Origin: Dehalococcoidia bacterium
GTDB taxonomy: Bacteria; Chloroflexota; Dehalococcoidia; Bin125
Assembly (NCBI GenBank): GCA_965232875.1
Contig: OZ247431.1
Coordinates: 2,744,376 to 2,808,375 of the forward strand
Direction of reading: 5' to 3'
Length of the DNA: 64,000 nucleotides
Shown: in pieces, positions 28,892 to 37,896 of the stretch
How positions within the stretch are numbered: the stretch's first letter is position 1
Layout: every line of letters starts with the position of its first letter
The notes under the pieces: model-generated
Told to the model about the DNA's origin: nothing
What the model saw: the letters and a program-made list of their open reading frames with translations, nothing else
Database searches by the model: none
Position numbers and translations under genes: made by a program

Positions 28892-30021
28892 AGTGTCCTA
28901 TCCCCGAGTTGTGGCGACAGGTATGGGTCTGGTGAAGTGAGGGGCCAGGCGACGATCCTGCTGTGTGTAGGAGCACAGGAGGGACAGGCGCCATGACCCC
29001 GGAGGACGCAATCTACCGCTTTCGTCTGCGCACGTTGGCCTTGGCCAAGGAGCTGGGCAACGTGCGCGCGGCGTGTCGCGCGATGGGCATTCACCATTCG
29101 ACGTTCTACCGCTGGAAACGGCAGGCGGAGCAGTACGGTCCGGAGCTGCTGCGCCCGCGCGAGCGACGCCGACCGCAGATGGCCAACGCGACCAGTCCAT
29201 TGGTCGAGCAGCGGGTGGTCGCGTTTGCGTTGGGCCAGCCGGGCTTCGGACCGGCGCGGATCGCGGCCGAGTTGGCGCGGCCGAAGTGGGGCGGCATCCG
29301 GCTCTCGGCGAACGGCGTCTGGCGCGTGCTCAAGCGTCACGGGCTGAACACCCGGGCCAAGCGTCTGGGCCTGGTCGCCGGCTACGCCGCGGCGCCTGAA
29401 CCGGCGCCCCGCGAGCCGCAGCCGGAGCGCCACCTGGAGGTCGCTCGACCAGGTGAGCTGGTGCAGTTCGATTGCTTCCACGTGGGCCGGCTCTCGGGGA
29501 CCAAGGGCACCGTCTGGCAGTACACCGCGATCGATGTCGCCTCGGCCTACACCTGGGCGGAGCTGCACACCACGCCGCGCAATCCGGCAGCCAAGTGGAC
29601 CTCGCAGCTGGCCCGCCGTGTGGCCCGCGACTTGGCCGAGCGCGGCTGGCAGCTGGAGCCCGCGATGAGCGACAACGGCTCCGAGTTCCGCTCGCGCGAG
29701 TTTGGCCGGACGGTGCAAGCGTTCGGCGCCCGCCAGCGCTTCATCCACGCCGGCCGGCCGCAAACCAACGGTTGCGTCGAGCGCGTCCAGGGCACGATCC
29801 TTGAAGAATGCTGGAAGCCCGCCTTCGCCCGCTACCTGATCCCCAAGCAAACTGGCCTCAAACGCGAACTCGAACGCTATCTCCGCTACTACAACGAAGA
29901 CCGCGCTCACACCGGTCGCTGGACGCGCGGCCGCACCCCCGACACCGTGATCGGCAAGGCCAAGCTATGGTCCTAACGCAGAGCAGGATGAGTCGCCAGA
30001 TCTTGGGGATAGGACACTCTA
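28889..30021 (+). mobile_element. complete IS481-family insertion sequence (about 1133 bp) with 17-bp terminal inverted repeats
   Basis: IRL TAGAGTGTCCTATCCCC (28889-28905) is the exact reverse complement of IRR GGGGATAGGACACTCTA (30005-30021). A single DDE transposase ORF lies inside. Confidence 0.85.
28963..29976 (+). CDS. IS481-family transposase (rve integrase-core DDE)
   Basis: N-terminal HTH (AACRAMGIHHSTFYRWKRQ). DDE residues in FDCFHV ... SDNGSEF ... TNGCVERV. Typical IS481 length of 337 aa. Confidence 0.9.
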   Translation: MCRSTGGTGAMTPEDAIYRFRLRTLALAKELGNVRAACRAMGIHHSTFYRWKRQAEQYGPELLRPRERRRPQMANATSPLVEQRVVAFALGQPGFGPARIAAELARPKWGGIRLSANGVWRVLKRHGLNTRAKRLGLVAGYAAAPEPAPREPQPERHLEVARPGELVQFDCFHVGRLSGTKGTVWQYTAIDVASAYTWAELHTTPRNPAAKWTSQLARRVARDLAERGWQLEPAMSDNGSEFRSREFGRTVQAFGARQRFIHAGRPQTNGCVERVQGTILEECWKPAFARYLIPKQTGLKRELERYLRYYNEDRAHTGRWTRGRTPDTVIGKAKLWS

Positions 30022-30029
30022 GCGCTCCC

Positions 30030-30053
30030 CATCTCCCCCTTGCGGGGGAGATG
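30030..30053. repeat. R1 palindromic element CATCTCCCCCTTGCGGGGGAGATG directly abutting the IS481 right end
   Basis: Read directly. Confidence 0.7.
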
Positions 30054-30101
30054 CCGGAGGCAGAGGGGGACACGTCAGAGCGCGGGAACAACGATCAGCA
30101 G

Positions 30102-31496
30102 CTAGCGAGATTTCGTCGCCTGAGGCTTTGTCACCGAGTTCAATGTGATAGCAAACGCCGCCTGCTCCCGACCGTGCAGCCGACGCCAAACCATTGCGAA
30201 GACGCCTCCGGCAACCAGGAGAATCAGCAACAATGAGCCGAACGACGCCTGAAAGCCGACCATATCTGCAACGGTGCCTGCGATCGGCATGATGATGGCG
30301 ATCATCAATGCGGTCGAGAGTTGGAACATCGACAGTACCGTCGCGCGCTGGTCTGATGGAATGCGGCGATTGATGTAACCCGTCGCGATCGGGCGGGTCA
30401 TGCCCCGGATCGCTGCCAGCATGCCAAATCCGACCACGACCCAGAGCGAATCCCAGAGCGCCGGCGCGAGGAACAGGACCGCTCCCGCGAACAGCAGGAC
30501 CATGAGCGAGCGCCGTTCGCCAAATCGGCTCGCCACCCAGGCTGCCAGCAGCGAGCCCACAACCATCCCGGCGACCGGCGACATCAGCATGCCCGAGTAT
30601 GTGAATCCGGTCGTCACGCCGGCAGACGGGTCAACGCCGTGCTGAACGACGAAGGGTTGCAACAGGAACTCGGTAATCGTGATGACCGCGACAATCACCG
30701 TGCCAAAGAGGATGTACCAGAAGAGCGTCTTGCGTCGCCAGACCACCATGACACCTGTCAACATGTTGGCCAGCAATCCGCTCCGGCTCGCAGCGATCTG
30801 ACCTGTACGGCCGGACTGGTCGCCAGTCCCATTCGTCCCAGCCTCGCTGACCTGCAGCGAGGAAATCTCCGCCTCACTACGCGGCGGTTCACGTAGCAAC
30901 AGGGCGATACAACCCGCGACTCCCATAGCGATCGCGCCCAGAAGGATCGTGACCGAATAGCCAACCAACGCGACCAACGGCCCGCCCAGCAACGTAGCGA
31001 TCAACATTGAGCCAAAGGCCATTGCGTCAGAGCGTCCGATGTGTTTCTCGTAGTCCCTGGTGCGGCCGGTCTGTCGCAACGTGTCATAGATCAACGCATG
31101 TCCAGCGCCGGAGTACAACGTAATAGCAATCGCAACCATGACATAAGCCGCCAACAGTACAACATAGGTCGAACTAAACGCAAAGACGACCGATCCCAGG
31201 CAGAAACACGCGCCGCCCATCACCAGCGAGGTACGACGCCCCCAGCGGTCGGCCACTGCTCCTGTCGGCACTTCAGCCAGCACGACCGTCAGCCAGAAGA
31301 GCGACTCGATGGTCGAAATCTGGGTCAGGCTCATGCCCCGGAACTCCTGCAGGTAGATGACCCAGATCGGCATCCAGATCAGAAAGCCGCTGACGCCATT
31401 GAACAGGTAGTAGACGGGAATATTCCGGGCAAAGCGTCGGCGGATCAGGTGAACATCATCGGGACCGGCGTTCACGCCGTTCGAGGCAATCGCCAT
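30102..31496 (-). CDS. MFS transporter
   Basis: 464 aa with 12-14 TM segments. MFS signature-like GAVADRWGRR between TM2 and TM3. Confidence 0.8.
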   Translation of the reverse strand: MAIASNGVNAGPDDVHLIRRRFARNIPVYYLFNGVSGFLIWMPIWVIYLQEFRGMSLTQISTIESLFWLTVVLAEVPTGAVADRWGRRTSLVMGGACFCLGSVVFAFSSTYVVLLAAYVMVAIAITLYSGAGHALIYDTLRQTGRTRDYEKHIGRSDAMAFGSMLIATLLGGPLVALVGYSVTILLGAIAMGVAGCIALLLREPPRSEAEISSLQVSEAGTNGTGDQSGRTGQIAASRSGLLANMLTGVMVVWRRKTLFWYILFGTVIVAVITITEFLLQPFVVQHGVDPSAGVTTGFTYSGMLMSPVAGMVVGSLLAAWVASRFGERRSLMVLLFAGAVLFLAPALWDSLWVVVGFGMLAAIRGMTRPIATGYINRRIPSDQRATVLSMFQLSTALMIAIIMPIAGTVADMVGFQASFGSLLLILLVAGGVFAMVWRRLHGREQAAFAITLNSVTKPQATKSR

Positions 31497-31601
31497 AGCG
31501 TTTCGAGTCTACGCGGTGCCCACATCAGTTCCTTCAGCCCAATCGAACCACATTTGACCTCCGTACTTTCCCTTCCGGAGAATTTGGCAAGAGCACCTAT
31601 T

Positions 31602-31760
31602 CCGTCATTGCCGCGCTCCGACGCGGCAATCTCGCAGCATCCAGCACCAACGTCTGTGCTCGTATCAGCGAGATACCCGCGACAAGCGCGGGTATGACGG
31701 AGCTGCTCCCGCGGACTTGACTCTCTTTGCGGGGTCTCGGCAAGGGGGAGAAGGGGAGTT
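31602..31760. repeat. R2 two-hairpin repeat (31602-31702) followed by a degenerate R1 element (about 31723-31760)
   Basis: Read directly; over 90% identical to the copies at 3672 and 11486. Confidence 0.8.
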
Positions 31761-31870
31761 AGGCATCAGCCCCTCGCAACGAGACTTGCCCAACGCTGAG
31801 GTGTCCCGCTTCTCATCGGCGCAGCTCAGGAACGTCCATCCGCTGCTCGGCCGCGTCAAACGAGCACGCC

Positions 31871-33064
31871 CTAGGCCCGGTCAGAGCTGAACCGATCCCG
31901 ATCAGGTATCGCGTTGCCCCGAGTCAGCGGGGGCAAACCGAGCATGTGGCGGGATCCTGCGTCCCAGTTGAAATCGAGTCCCGCGTTGTGACGGCGCGCG
32001 ACTTGCAGATCGCGGAAGCGACGCTCAAGCGTCCAGCGTCGATGAATCGCATTGGTGCCCGCGGCCGGAAAGAGCATCTCGACCGCTTCGGTCGCAGCAT
32101 GGACGGCGTTCACATTGGCCAGACGCCATTGCGCGACGGCATCGAGGTCCGGATCGCCGGCAACGACCGACTCCCAGGCCCGAGAGCCCATCTCGCGAAC
32201 ATACGAGCGCGCCGAGCCAACCCGAGCCTGCGCTCGGCCAACCGCGACGCGGAAGTGCTCGCGGTCGGCAAGCGAGCGCGAGTCGCTCTTGCTGTCGACG
32301 TGCTTGGCAAACCGGACGACTTCGTCGATCGCACCCTGAGCTGCCCCGACCGCCTGCCCGCCATTCTGCAGCCAACTGGCGATACCACCGTCGGGAATTC
32401 GCCAATTCGGACCAGGAGCGACTGGTCTGGATCCGAACTTCATCGTCCGCTGATCGGCAGCAAAGACGTTCTCGTTGCGATAGTCGTGCGAGCCGGTGCC
32501 ACGCAGGCCCATGGTGTCCCAAGTGCGTAGGATTTCGCCCTGCTCCGGGTCGACGAACGACATGTACTGGTCGCTCGGATTCGCCTCATCTTTGAATGCA
32601 ATCACAACGTGAGTCGCATGATCGATACCGCTCGCGAAGGTCGAGATCCCGTTGACCAACCATCCGCCTTCAACTCGAGTGCCCAGATTGGTGGGACGGC
32701 TCGATCCGGCAATCCGACAACGCGGGCCGCCTGGCTCATCTGAACCAATCATCTCACGCAAGTGCTCGGTCTCCAGGAATCCGCTGACTAGCGAGAGTTC
32801 GGACGCCAACATCACGACCCAGCCGGTCGAGGGATCAGCGGCAGCCAGCGCCTCGATCGCATGGAACACGACCAGCGGCGGGACTTCCTCGCCTCCGGCG
32901 GCTTTGGGGATGAACAGTCGGTACAGCCCGGCGTCGGTGATGGTCTCAATCAGGTCGGGCGGCGGACTTCCGTTCGCCTCGGTTTCGTCCGCGCGCGCAG
33001 CGATCTGCGGTTGTAGCGCTCTCGCGCGTTCGACCATCGGGTGCTCGGCGGGATCAACTTGCAT
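31871..33064 (-). CDS. acyl-CoA dehydrogenase family protein (possibly DszC/SfnB-like flavin oxygenase type)
   Basis: 397 aa, ACAD three-domain layout. The C-terminal helical domain has the conserved R..N dyad. No substrate assignment is possible. Confidence 0.7.
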   Translation of the reverse strand: MQVDPAEHPMVERARALQPQIAARADETEANGSPPPDLIETITDAGLYRLFIPKAAGGEEVPPLVVFHAIEALAAADPSTGWVVMLASELSLVSGFLETEHLREMIGSDEPGGPRCRIAGSSRPTNLGTRVEGGWLVNGISTFASGIDHATHVVIAFKDEANPSDQYMSFVDPEQGEILRTWDTMGLRGTGSHDYRNENVFAADQRTMKFGSRPVAPGPNWRIPDGGIASWLQNGGQAVGAAQGAIDEVVRFAKHVDSKSDSRSLADREHFRVAVGRAQARVGSARSYVREMGSRAWESVVAGDPDLDAVAQWRLANVNAVHAATEAVEMLFPAAGTNAIHRRWTLERRFRDLQVARRHNAGLDFNWDAGSRHMLGLPPLTRGNAIPDRDRFSSDRA

Positions 33065-33133
33065 TGGAACAGGCTAGGGCTTGAACGCCAGCTATGGCTG
33101 CTGTTCAGCGGGCGGGGAAATCTGTGGCGGGCG

Positions 33134-33515
33134 ATGGTTAGCCAACCTTTTTTTCCTAGCCGAAAAAATGAATGGCGGCGACGATCTTCAGCGTACTGCT
33201 GAGGATCGTGTGGTTGGGGTGGTTGGAAGTGGTTAGGTTTGGACGGTTTTGGACGGTTTGGGTTGGACGGTTTTGTTCGGATTTGTTCGATCCTGGGGGG
33301 ATATGCGCGGGTGGGGACGAACGTGGAGGATCGGGGGTGGGTCTGTGCGGGGGGTTGGTGCGTGGTCATCGGGGTTGCTTTCGGAAGTGGGTTGTCGGCG
33401 GGGCGCGACCGATTATATCCGGACAGATGTTCTGTCAGGGTTGGCTGTGGGTGTCGGGAGTGACACGTTGGTTGAAGGGAGAACGGTCATACGGAATAGG
33501 GAGTGTCTTGGCAAC
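33134..33515 (+). repeat. long GT-rich direct repeat A1 (about 385 bp). Partner A2 at 37506-37896
   Basis: Shared blocks: TTTTTTCC-N-GCCGAAAAAATGRATTGGCGGCGACGATCT, TGTTGGGGTGGTTGGAAGTGGTTAGGTTTGGA, GGTGGTCATCGGGGTTGCTTTCGG..GTGGGTTGTCG and GGACRGATGTTCTGTCRGGGTTGGCTGTGGGTGTCGGGARTGACA. Roughly 75-80% identity overall. Strong G+T strand bias. ORF-track ORFs inside (33172-33534 and others) look non-coding. Confidence 0.8.
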
Positions 33516-33707
33516 CGCCGCCCGGGCAAAGTGATCTCGCGGTACGTCGGCTGGACCGAAATTTACCGCCCCGCCTCTAAGAAGAAGACCCAGCTCGGCT
33601 CGACGGGCATCCTGCGCGACCGCCGAGACACTGCCAACGCTGAACGCCTCAACCGCCGCCTCCAGTTGGCCAGCGCGCACTGAGCCAAGCGGAATTGACG
33701 GCTTCTG

Positions 33708-34232
33708 TTAGTCAGGAAGGCTCTGGCCAGTTCGCTCGAGCAAGGCGTCCCTCAGAACCACCCTCAGCACGTCGCGGACGCCTTCTTTGTTGATTCCGAA
33801 TTCGAAGGCACACTCGGCCATCTGTTGATCCATATGGCCGTCAAGGTTCTCTTTGGTGTAGCGCTCCGCGACGGCGTCGAGTTGGAATGGTTTCTCGCCA
33901 CCGGCCAGCGGCACGGTTGGAGCGACACTAGCGGCCCAAGCATGGGCATTGATCCAGGCTGACAGTTCCTCGCCGAACTCCGTAAGCCGCAACGGGCTTG
34001 AACCTGCTACAGGGACTGGCGGCATACGTCGAAGAATCTCCTTAATGTCGGCCCGCACCTCAGTCATGAACTCACGAAAATTGCCACGGTCGGTGTCCAC
34101 TTTGGATTGCCATCTGATGAAGGCCGCGAACATTGTGAGGATGAAAATTGCGCCGACGATGATCGGGGCCCACATCCAATCATCCAACGTGACAGCTAGG
34201 AACATGACAGACATCCTTCCTAGTCCCTGCAC
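33708..34232 (-). CDS. hypothetical membrane-anchored protein
   Basis: 174 aa. N-terminal TM (MSVMFLAVTLDDWMWAPIIVGAIFILTMFAAFI). No family recognised. Confidence 0.4.
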   Translation of the reverse strand: MQGLGRMSVMFLAVTLDDWMWAPIIVGAIFILTMFAAFIRWQSKVDTDRGNFREFMTEVRADIKEILRRMPPVPVAGSSPLRLTEFGEELSAWINAHAWAASVAPTVPLAGGEKPFQLDAVAERYTKENLDGHMDQQMAECAFEFGINKEGVRDVLRVVLRDALLERTGQSLPD

Positions 34233-34353
34233 GGATAGCGTACGCCTCAGCGACGCACACTGGTGGCACTGTGGATTGAGTCTCTCCTCAACGCAATGCT
34301 GACCACATGTTCTCTCAACCGTTTATCAGGACTGACGGCAAGATCTTCTTCGC

Positions 34354-35562
34354 CTAGCTCACCAACTGCAGCTTCGACTTTAGGTACTCCATCCCGCGGT
34401 TGCCCTTGATGCTGTTGCAGTGGCCGCAGAGGAGCTGGAGGTTCTGGATGTGGTCGGTACCGCCTTTGGACTGGGCGATGATGTGGTCGACTGTCAGGTG
34501 CTGGGGCTGGAAGTGTGTGCCGCAGCCGGCGCAGTCGCCGCCTTGCTGACCGTAGAGCTGCTGCTTGTTGGCGGCCGAGTTGTAGGCAGGCAGCGGCCCG
34601 AGGTCGGTGCGCTGGGGGATGTCCTCGCGGTGCACGATGTTGCGCCACAGGCCCTGGTCGGCCTCGACGCGCTCGACGACCAACTCGGCCGCCTTCGCTG
34701 ACAGGTCGATGCCGACCCAATGCCTGTCGATGCGGTCGGCGGCGACCAGCGTCGTCGCACAGCCGCAGAACGGGTCCAGCACCATGTCGCCCTCGTTCGA
34801 TGAGGCCCTGATGATGCGGTCAAGTAGAGCAAGTGGTTTCTGTGTTGGGTAGCCGACGCGCTCTTTGGCAGAGGGCATGATCGGCTGCATGACCCACCAA
34901 TCCTCAGGGTGCTTGCCCCTCTGGTTCGGCCTATAACCGCTGTACACCTTGTTGGTTCGGTACGATTTGTCATATCGGCTCGGTAGTGAGTCTGTGACTG
35001 AGTCCGAATAGGGAATCCTCACGTCGTCAACGTTGAACGTCGGATCGCTGAGGGAGTATCGCAAGATGACATCGTGCTTCCGTGCGAAGTCGCGTCGCGG
35101 CACTCCGCCGCCTCGGTAAGCCCAGATGATCTCATTGCGGAATCTGCGCCGCCCAAAGATCGCGTCCATGAGTAGCTTGAGGTAGTGGCTCATCGTTGGG
35201 TCGCAGTGCAGGTAGATGGAACCTGTGGGCTTGAGCAGGCGGGGCATCTCCAACAGGCGGGCCGCCATGTAGGCCAGGTAGGACTTGTCTGAGTCGGTCA
35301 TCGCGGCCAGCAATACTCGATGCACGGTGGGGTGCTTCTGCTCGATCAGGTTGATCCACTCGGCGTCGACGTCGGAGAGCGACCAAGTGTCCTTGAACGC
35401 GGCGCCGGCGGCGGCCGAGCCGATCGGCGCGGCGTAGTTGGCGTTCGAGTTGAACGGCGGATCGAGGTAGATCAGGTCGACGGTCTCGGAGTTCATGCCT
35501 CGCATGATTTCGAGGCAATCGCCCGTCCAGACCGTGTCGGAGGCGAAGTTTGGTGTTGCCAT
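34354..35562 (-). CDS. DNA methyltransferase (N6_N4_Mtase, beta-class, DPPF motif IV then FxGxG motif I) fused to C-terminal HNH endonuclease; copy 1
   Basis: LIYLDPPFNSNANY (motif IV), VLDPFCGCATT (motif I), C-terminal CAGCGTHF...DHIIAQSKGG...NLQLLCGHCN (zinc-finger HNH). Central residues about 150-240 differ completely from paralog 2. Confidence 0.85.
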   Translation of the reverse strand: MATPNFASDTVWTGDCLEIMRGMNSETVDLIYLDPPFNSNANYAAPIGSAAAGAAFKDTWSLSDVDAEWINLIEQKHPTVHRVLLAAMTDSDKSYLAYMAARLLEMPRLLKPTGSIYLHCDPTMSHYLKLLMDAIFGRRRFRNEIIWAYRGGGVPRRDFARKHDVILRYSLSDPTFNVDDVRIPYSDSVTDSLPSRYDKSYRTNKVYSGYRPNQRGKHPEDWWVMQPIMPSAKERVGYPTQKPLALLDRIIRASSNEGDMVLDPFCGCATTLVAADRIDRHWVGIDLSAKAAELVVERVEADQGLWRNIVHREDIPQRTDLGPLPAYNSAANKQQLYGQQGGDCAGCGTHFQPQHLTVDHIIAQSKGGTDHIQNLQLLCGHCNSIKGNRGMEYLKSKLQLVS

Positions 35563-36045
35563 AGGGGTTAGGCTATCGGGCGATGCTCTGGCGGGGCCGG
35601 AGAGGGAATCGGATTCTTTCCGCTGCTATTGCCAATTATCGAGCGCAGCACCCACAAGCGCCGCTGCGTCGCCGTCCGTCCCTCCACGCTGGTGTGCCAC
35701 ACCGGGGTTTGGACACGACGTTGGTTGGATCGGATACGCTGTCGGTGGAACCTGGGCAGGACTAGGGGGACGATAATGCTAATTATCGAGCACCTGCCCT
35801 TCCAGGACTCCAAGGGCGGGCGAGCGGACGTAGGTTGCGGTTGCGCCGTCCACTCGCCCTAGCGCGGGATCGTCTGTTACCGATTCCCGCGCTGCGCCCT
35901 ACCTTACCGACGCTCGCTGGCCCCACGCCACTTTCTTGACATGCCCACAGGCCGTTGACCCACTGAGCTGTCGTCGGCATACTTCCGGCTGCTCTGGGGA
36001 TGGCTGGTTGTTTGCTTGGTTCCAGTCGGTAGTCGTGGACTCGGC

Positions 36046-36102
36046 GAGATACCCCCGTTCAAGTCGGGGGCAGGCTCCGCGGCAAGCGCGGGTATGACGG
36101 AG
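36046..36102. repeat. partial R2 element (second hairpin) with an inserted CCCCCG-ttcaagt-CGGGGG hairpin, in the leader of MTase-HNH copy 1
   Basis: Read directly. The same GTAGTCGTNGNCTCGNCGAGATACCC context precedes copy 2 at 40500-40559. Confidence 0.7.
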
Positions 36103-36236
36103 GGAGAGGCAACATCCAGTAACTGCCGCGGTGCAGCCGCAGTTCTGCCGCAGTTCAGCCGTGGGGCACTCGCTACCAACTCTCTACGTTGAGGCGGGAA
36201 TAGACTCGAACGCAGAGACCTGTTGGTTCGCCGGGA

Positions 36237-37454
36237 GTGTTCGACTTGCCGCCTGCGTTCGTCTTCAACTGGCTGCACGAGGCCGTCATTGGGATTGAGG
36301 TCTGGCAGTTCGTCGGGCTGGGCGTGATGGCGGTGATCATCGTCGTCGCGCGGTTTGCGATTGTCTGGTCGCTCAACCTGGCCATCATGCGACGCACGGT
36401 TCCCGAGCGTCATGAGTTCTGGCGATTTGAGCTCAGTCGGCTGCAACGTCCGCTCTTGCTGATGCTGGGCGCTGTGACGCTGGCGATCGGTTTTCCCGTG
36501 CTTGACTTCGATTCCGATGTCGAGGATGTGGTCGCGATCTTCGCCAACTTCGCCTCGACCTTCGCCGGCGTACTGGTCGGCTTCCGCCTGGTCGACGCGG
36601 CCGCCGACTACTGGCGCGAGATTGCGCTGGAGACCGACTCCAAGCTCGACGATCAGTTGGTCCCGCTGGCGCGAACTACGGGCAAGATTTTCGTCGGGGC
36701 CATCGGCGCGATCTTCGTGCTGCAGAACCTCGACATCAACATTACGTCGCTGATCGCGGGGCTCGGCATCGGCGGCGTGGCCGTTGCGCTGGCGTCGCAG
36801 GACACGCTGAAGAACTTGCTGGGCGGCGCGACCATCCTGGCCGACAAGCCGTTCCAAGTTGGCGATTGGGTGATCGTCGGCGACATTGAGGGCACGGTCG
36901 AGCAGGTCGGATTCCGCTCGACCAGAGTGCGCACGTTTGCCGACTCGTTGATTACCGTGCCCAATGCGCGGATGACCGACACCGCTGTCAACAACATGGG
37001 ACAGCGCACCTGGCGGCGGTACTACACGACGGTCGGGCTTGCGTATCACACCGACCCGGACCGGATCCAGGCGTTCGTCGAGGGCGTGCGGGCGATTGTG
37101 CGCTCGAACTCGAACATGCGGCATGACTACTACATCGTCGAGTTGCATAGTTTCGGCGACTCGGGCTTGAACATCATGATCTACACGTTCATCGCGGCGT
37201 CGACGTGGAACGAGGAGCTGCGCACCAGGCACGTGTTCAACATCGACATCATCCGCCTGGCGCAGGAGCTGCAGGTCGAGTTCGCCTTCCCCACGCAGAC
37301 GCTGCACATCGCTAGTCAGCACCAGGGTCCCGAGCAGATTCCCCCGCCCAGAGATCGGGACGACCTGAGCAACACCATCGAAGACTTCGCCCCCGAGGGA
37401 TCGGCCGGCCAACGCCAAGACAACCCCATCACCGGCGGCTACGACAACGGCTAG
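36237..37454 (+). CDS. mscS: small-conductance mechanosensitive channel (MscS family)
   Basis: Three N-terminal TM helices followed by the conserved MscS core (LLGGATILADKPFQVGDWVIVGDIEGTVEQVGFRSTRVRTFADSLITVPN). Confidence 0.85.
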   Translation: MFDLPPAFVFNWLHEAVIGIEVWQFVGLGVMAVIIVVARFAIVWSLNLAIMRRTVPERHEFWRFELSRLQRPLLLMLGAVTLAIGFPVLDFDSDVEDVVAIFANFASTFAGVLVGFRLVDAAADYWREIALETDSKLDDQLVPLARTTGKIFVGAIGAIFVLQNLDINITSLIAGLGIGGVAVALASQDTLKNLLGGATILADKPFQVGDWVIVGDIEGTVEQVGFRSTRVRTFADSLITVPNARMTDTAVNNMGQRTWRRYYTTVGLAYHTDPDRIQAFVEGVRAIVRSNSNMRHDYYIVELHSFGDSGLNIMIYTFIAASTWNEELRTRHVFNIDIIRLAQELQVEFAFPTQTLHIASQHQGPEQIPPPRDRDDLSNTIEDFAPEGSAGQRQDNPITGGYDNG

Positions 37455-37505
37455 CGCGGAGCGCCGGAGTCGCCGTTGGCGGGAGCGGTCGCGTGAATTT
37501 CGGGC

Positions 37506-37896
37506 CGATGGGTGGTTGGTCAACTTTTTTTCCGGCCGAAAAAATGGATTGGCGGCGACGATCTCACGCGTATTGCTGGAGATCGTGCGTGTTGGGGTGG
37601 TTGGAAGTGGTTAGGTTTGGAAGATTTTGGAAGGTCTTGGTGTTCAGATTTGTCCAGGTTTGTCCAGGAACGTCTGGATTCGTCCAGCTTTCGGCGGTGT
37701 GATTCTGTGCGGCTCCAGGTTGATCCAGAGGATGTCGGGACGGGGTTGGTGGTCATGTCGGTCGCTTTCGGGTGTGGGTTGTCGATTGGGCGCGACTGAT
37801 TGTATGCGGACGGATGTTCTGTCGGGGTTGGCTGTGGGTGTCGGGAATGACAGTCGGTTCAGCGGAGTACTGTCAGAGGGAACAGGGAGTGTGTGA
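37506..37896 (+). repeat. long GT-rich direct repeat A2, partner of A1
   Basis: See A1. It ends at the start codon of the phosphotransferase gene. Confidence 0.8.

Noticed and set aside
33172-33683. 120-, 74- and 144-aa plus-strand ORFs inside repeat A1, and 37493-37896 ORFs inside A2
   Set aside because: The two repeat copies do not conserve a reading frame (indels are not multiples of 3 between A1 and A2). The translations are G/W/V-rich artefacts of the GT-rich strand.
35904-37523. 539-aa ORF on the minus strand
   Set aside because: It is entirely antisense to the well-supported mscS gene (36237-37454). Arg/Asp/Val-rich low-complexity translation typical of GC-rich antisense frames. No motifs.
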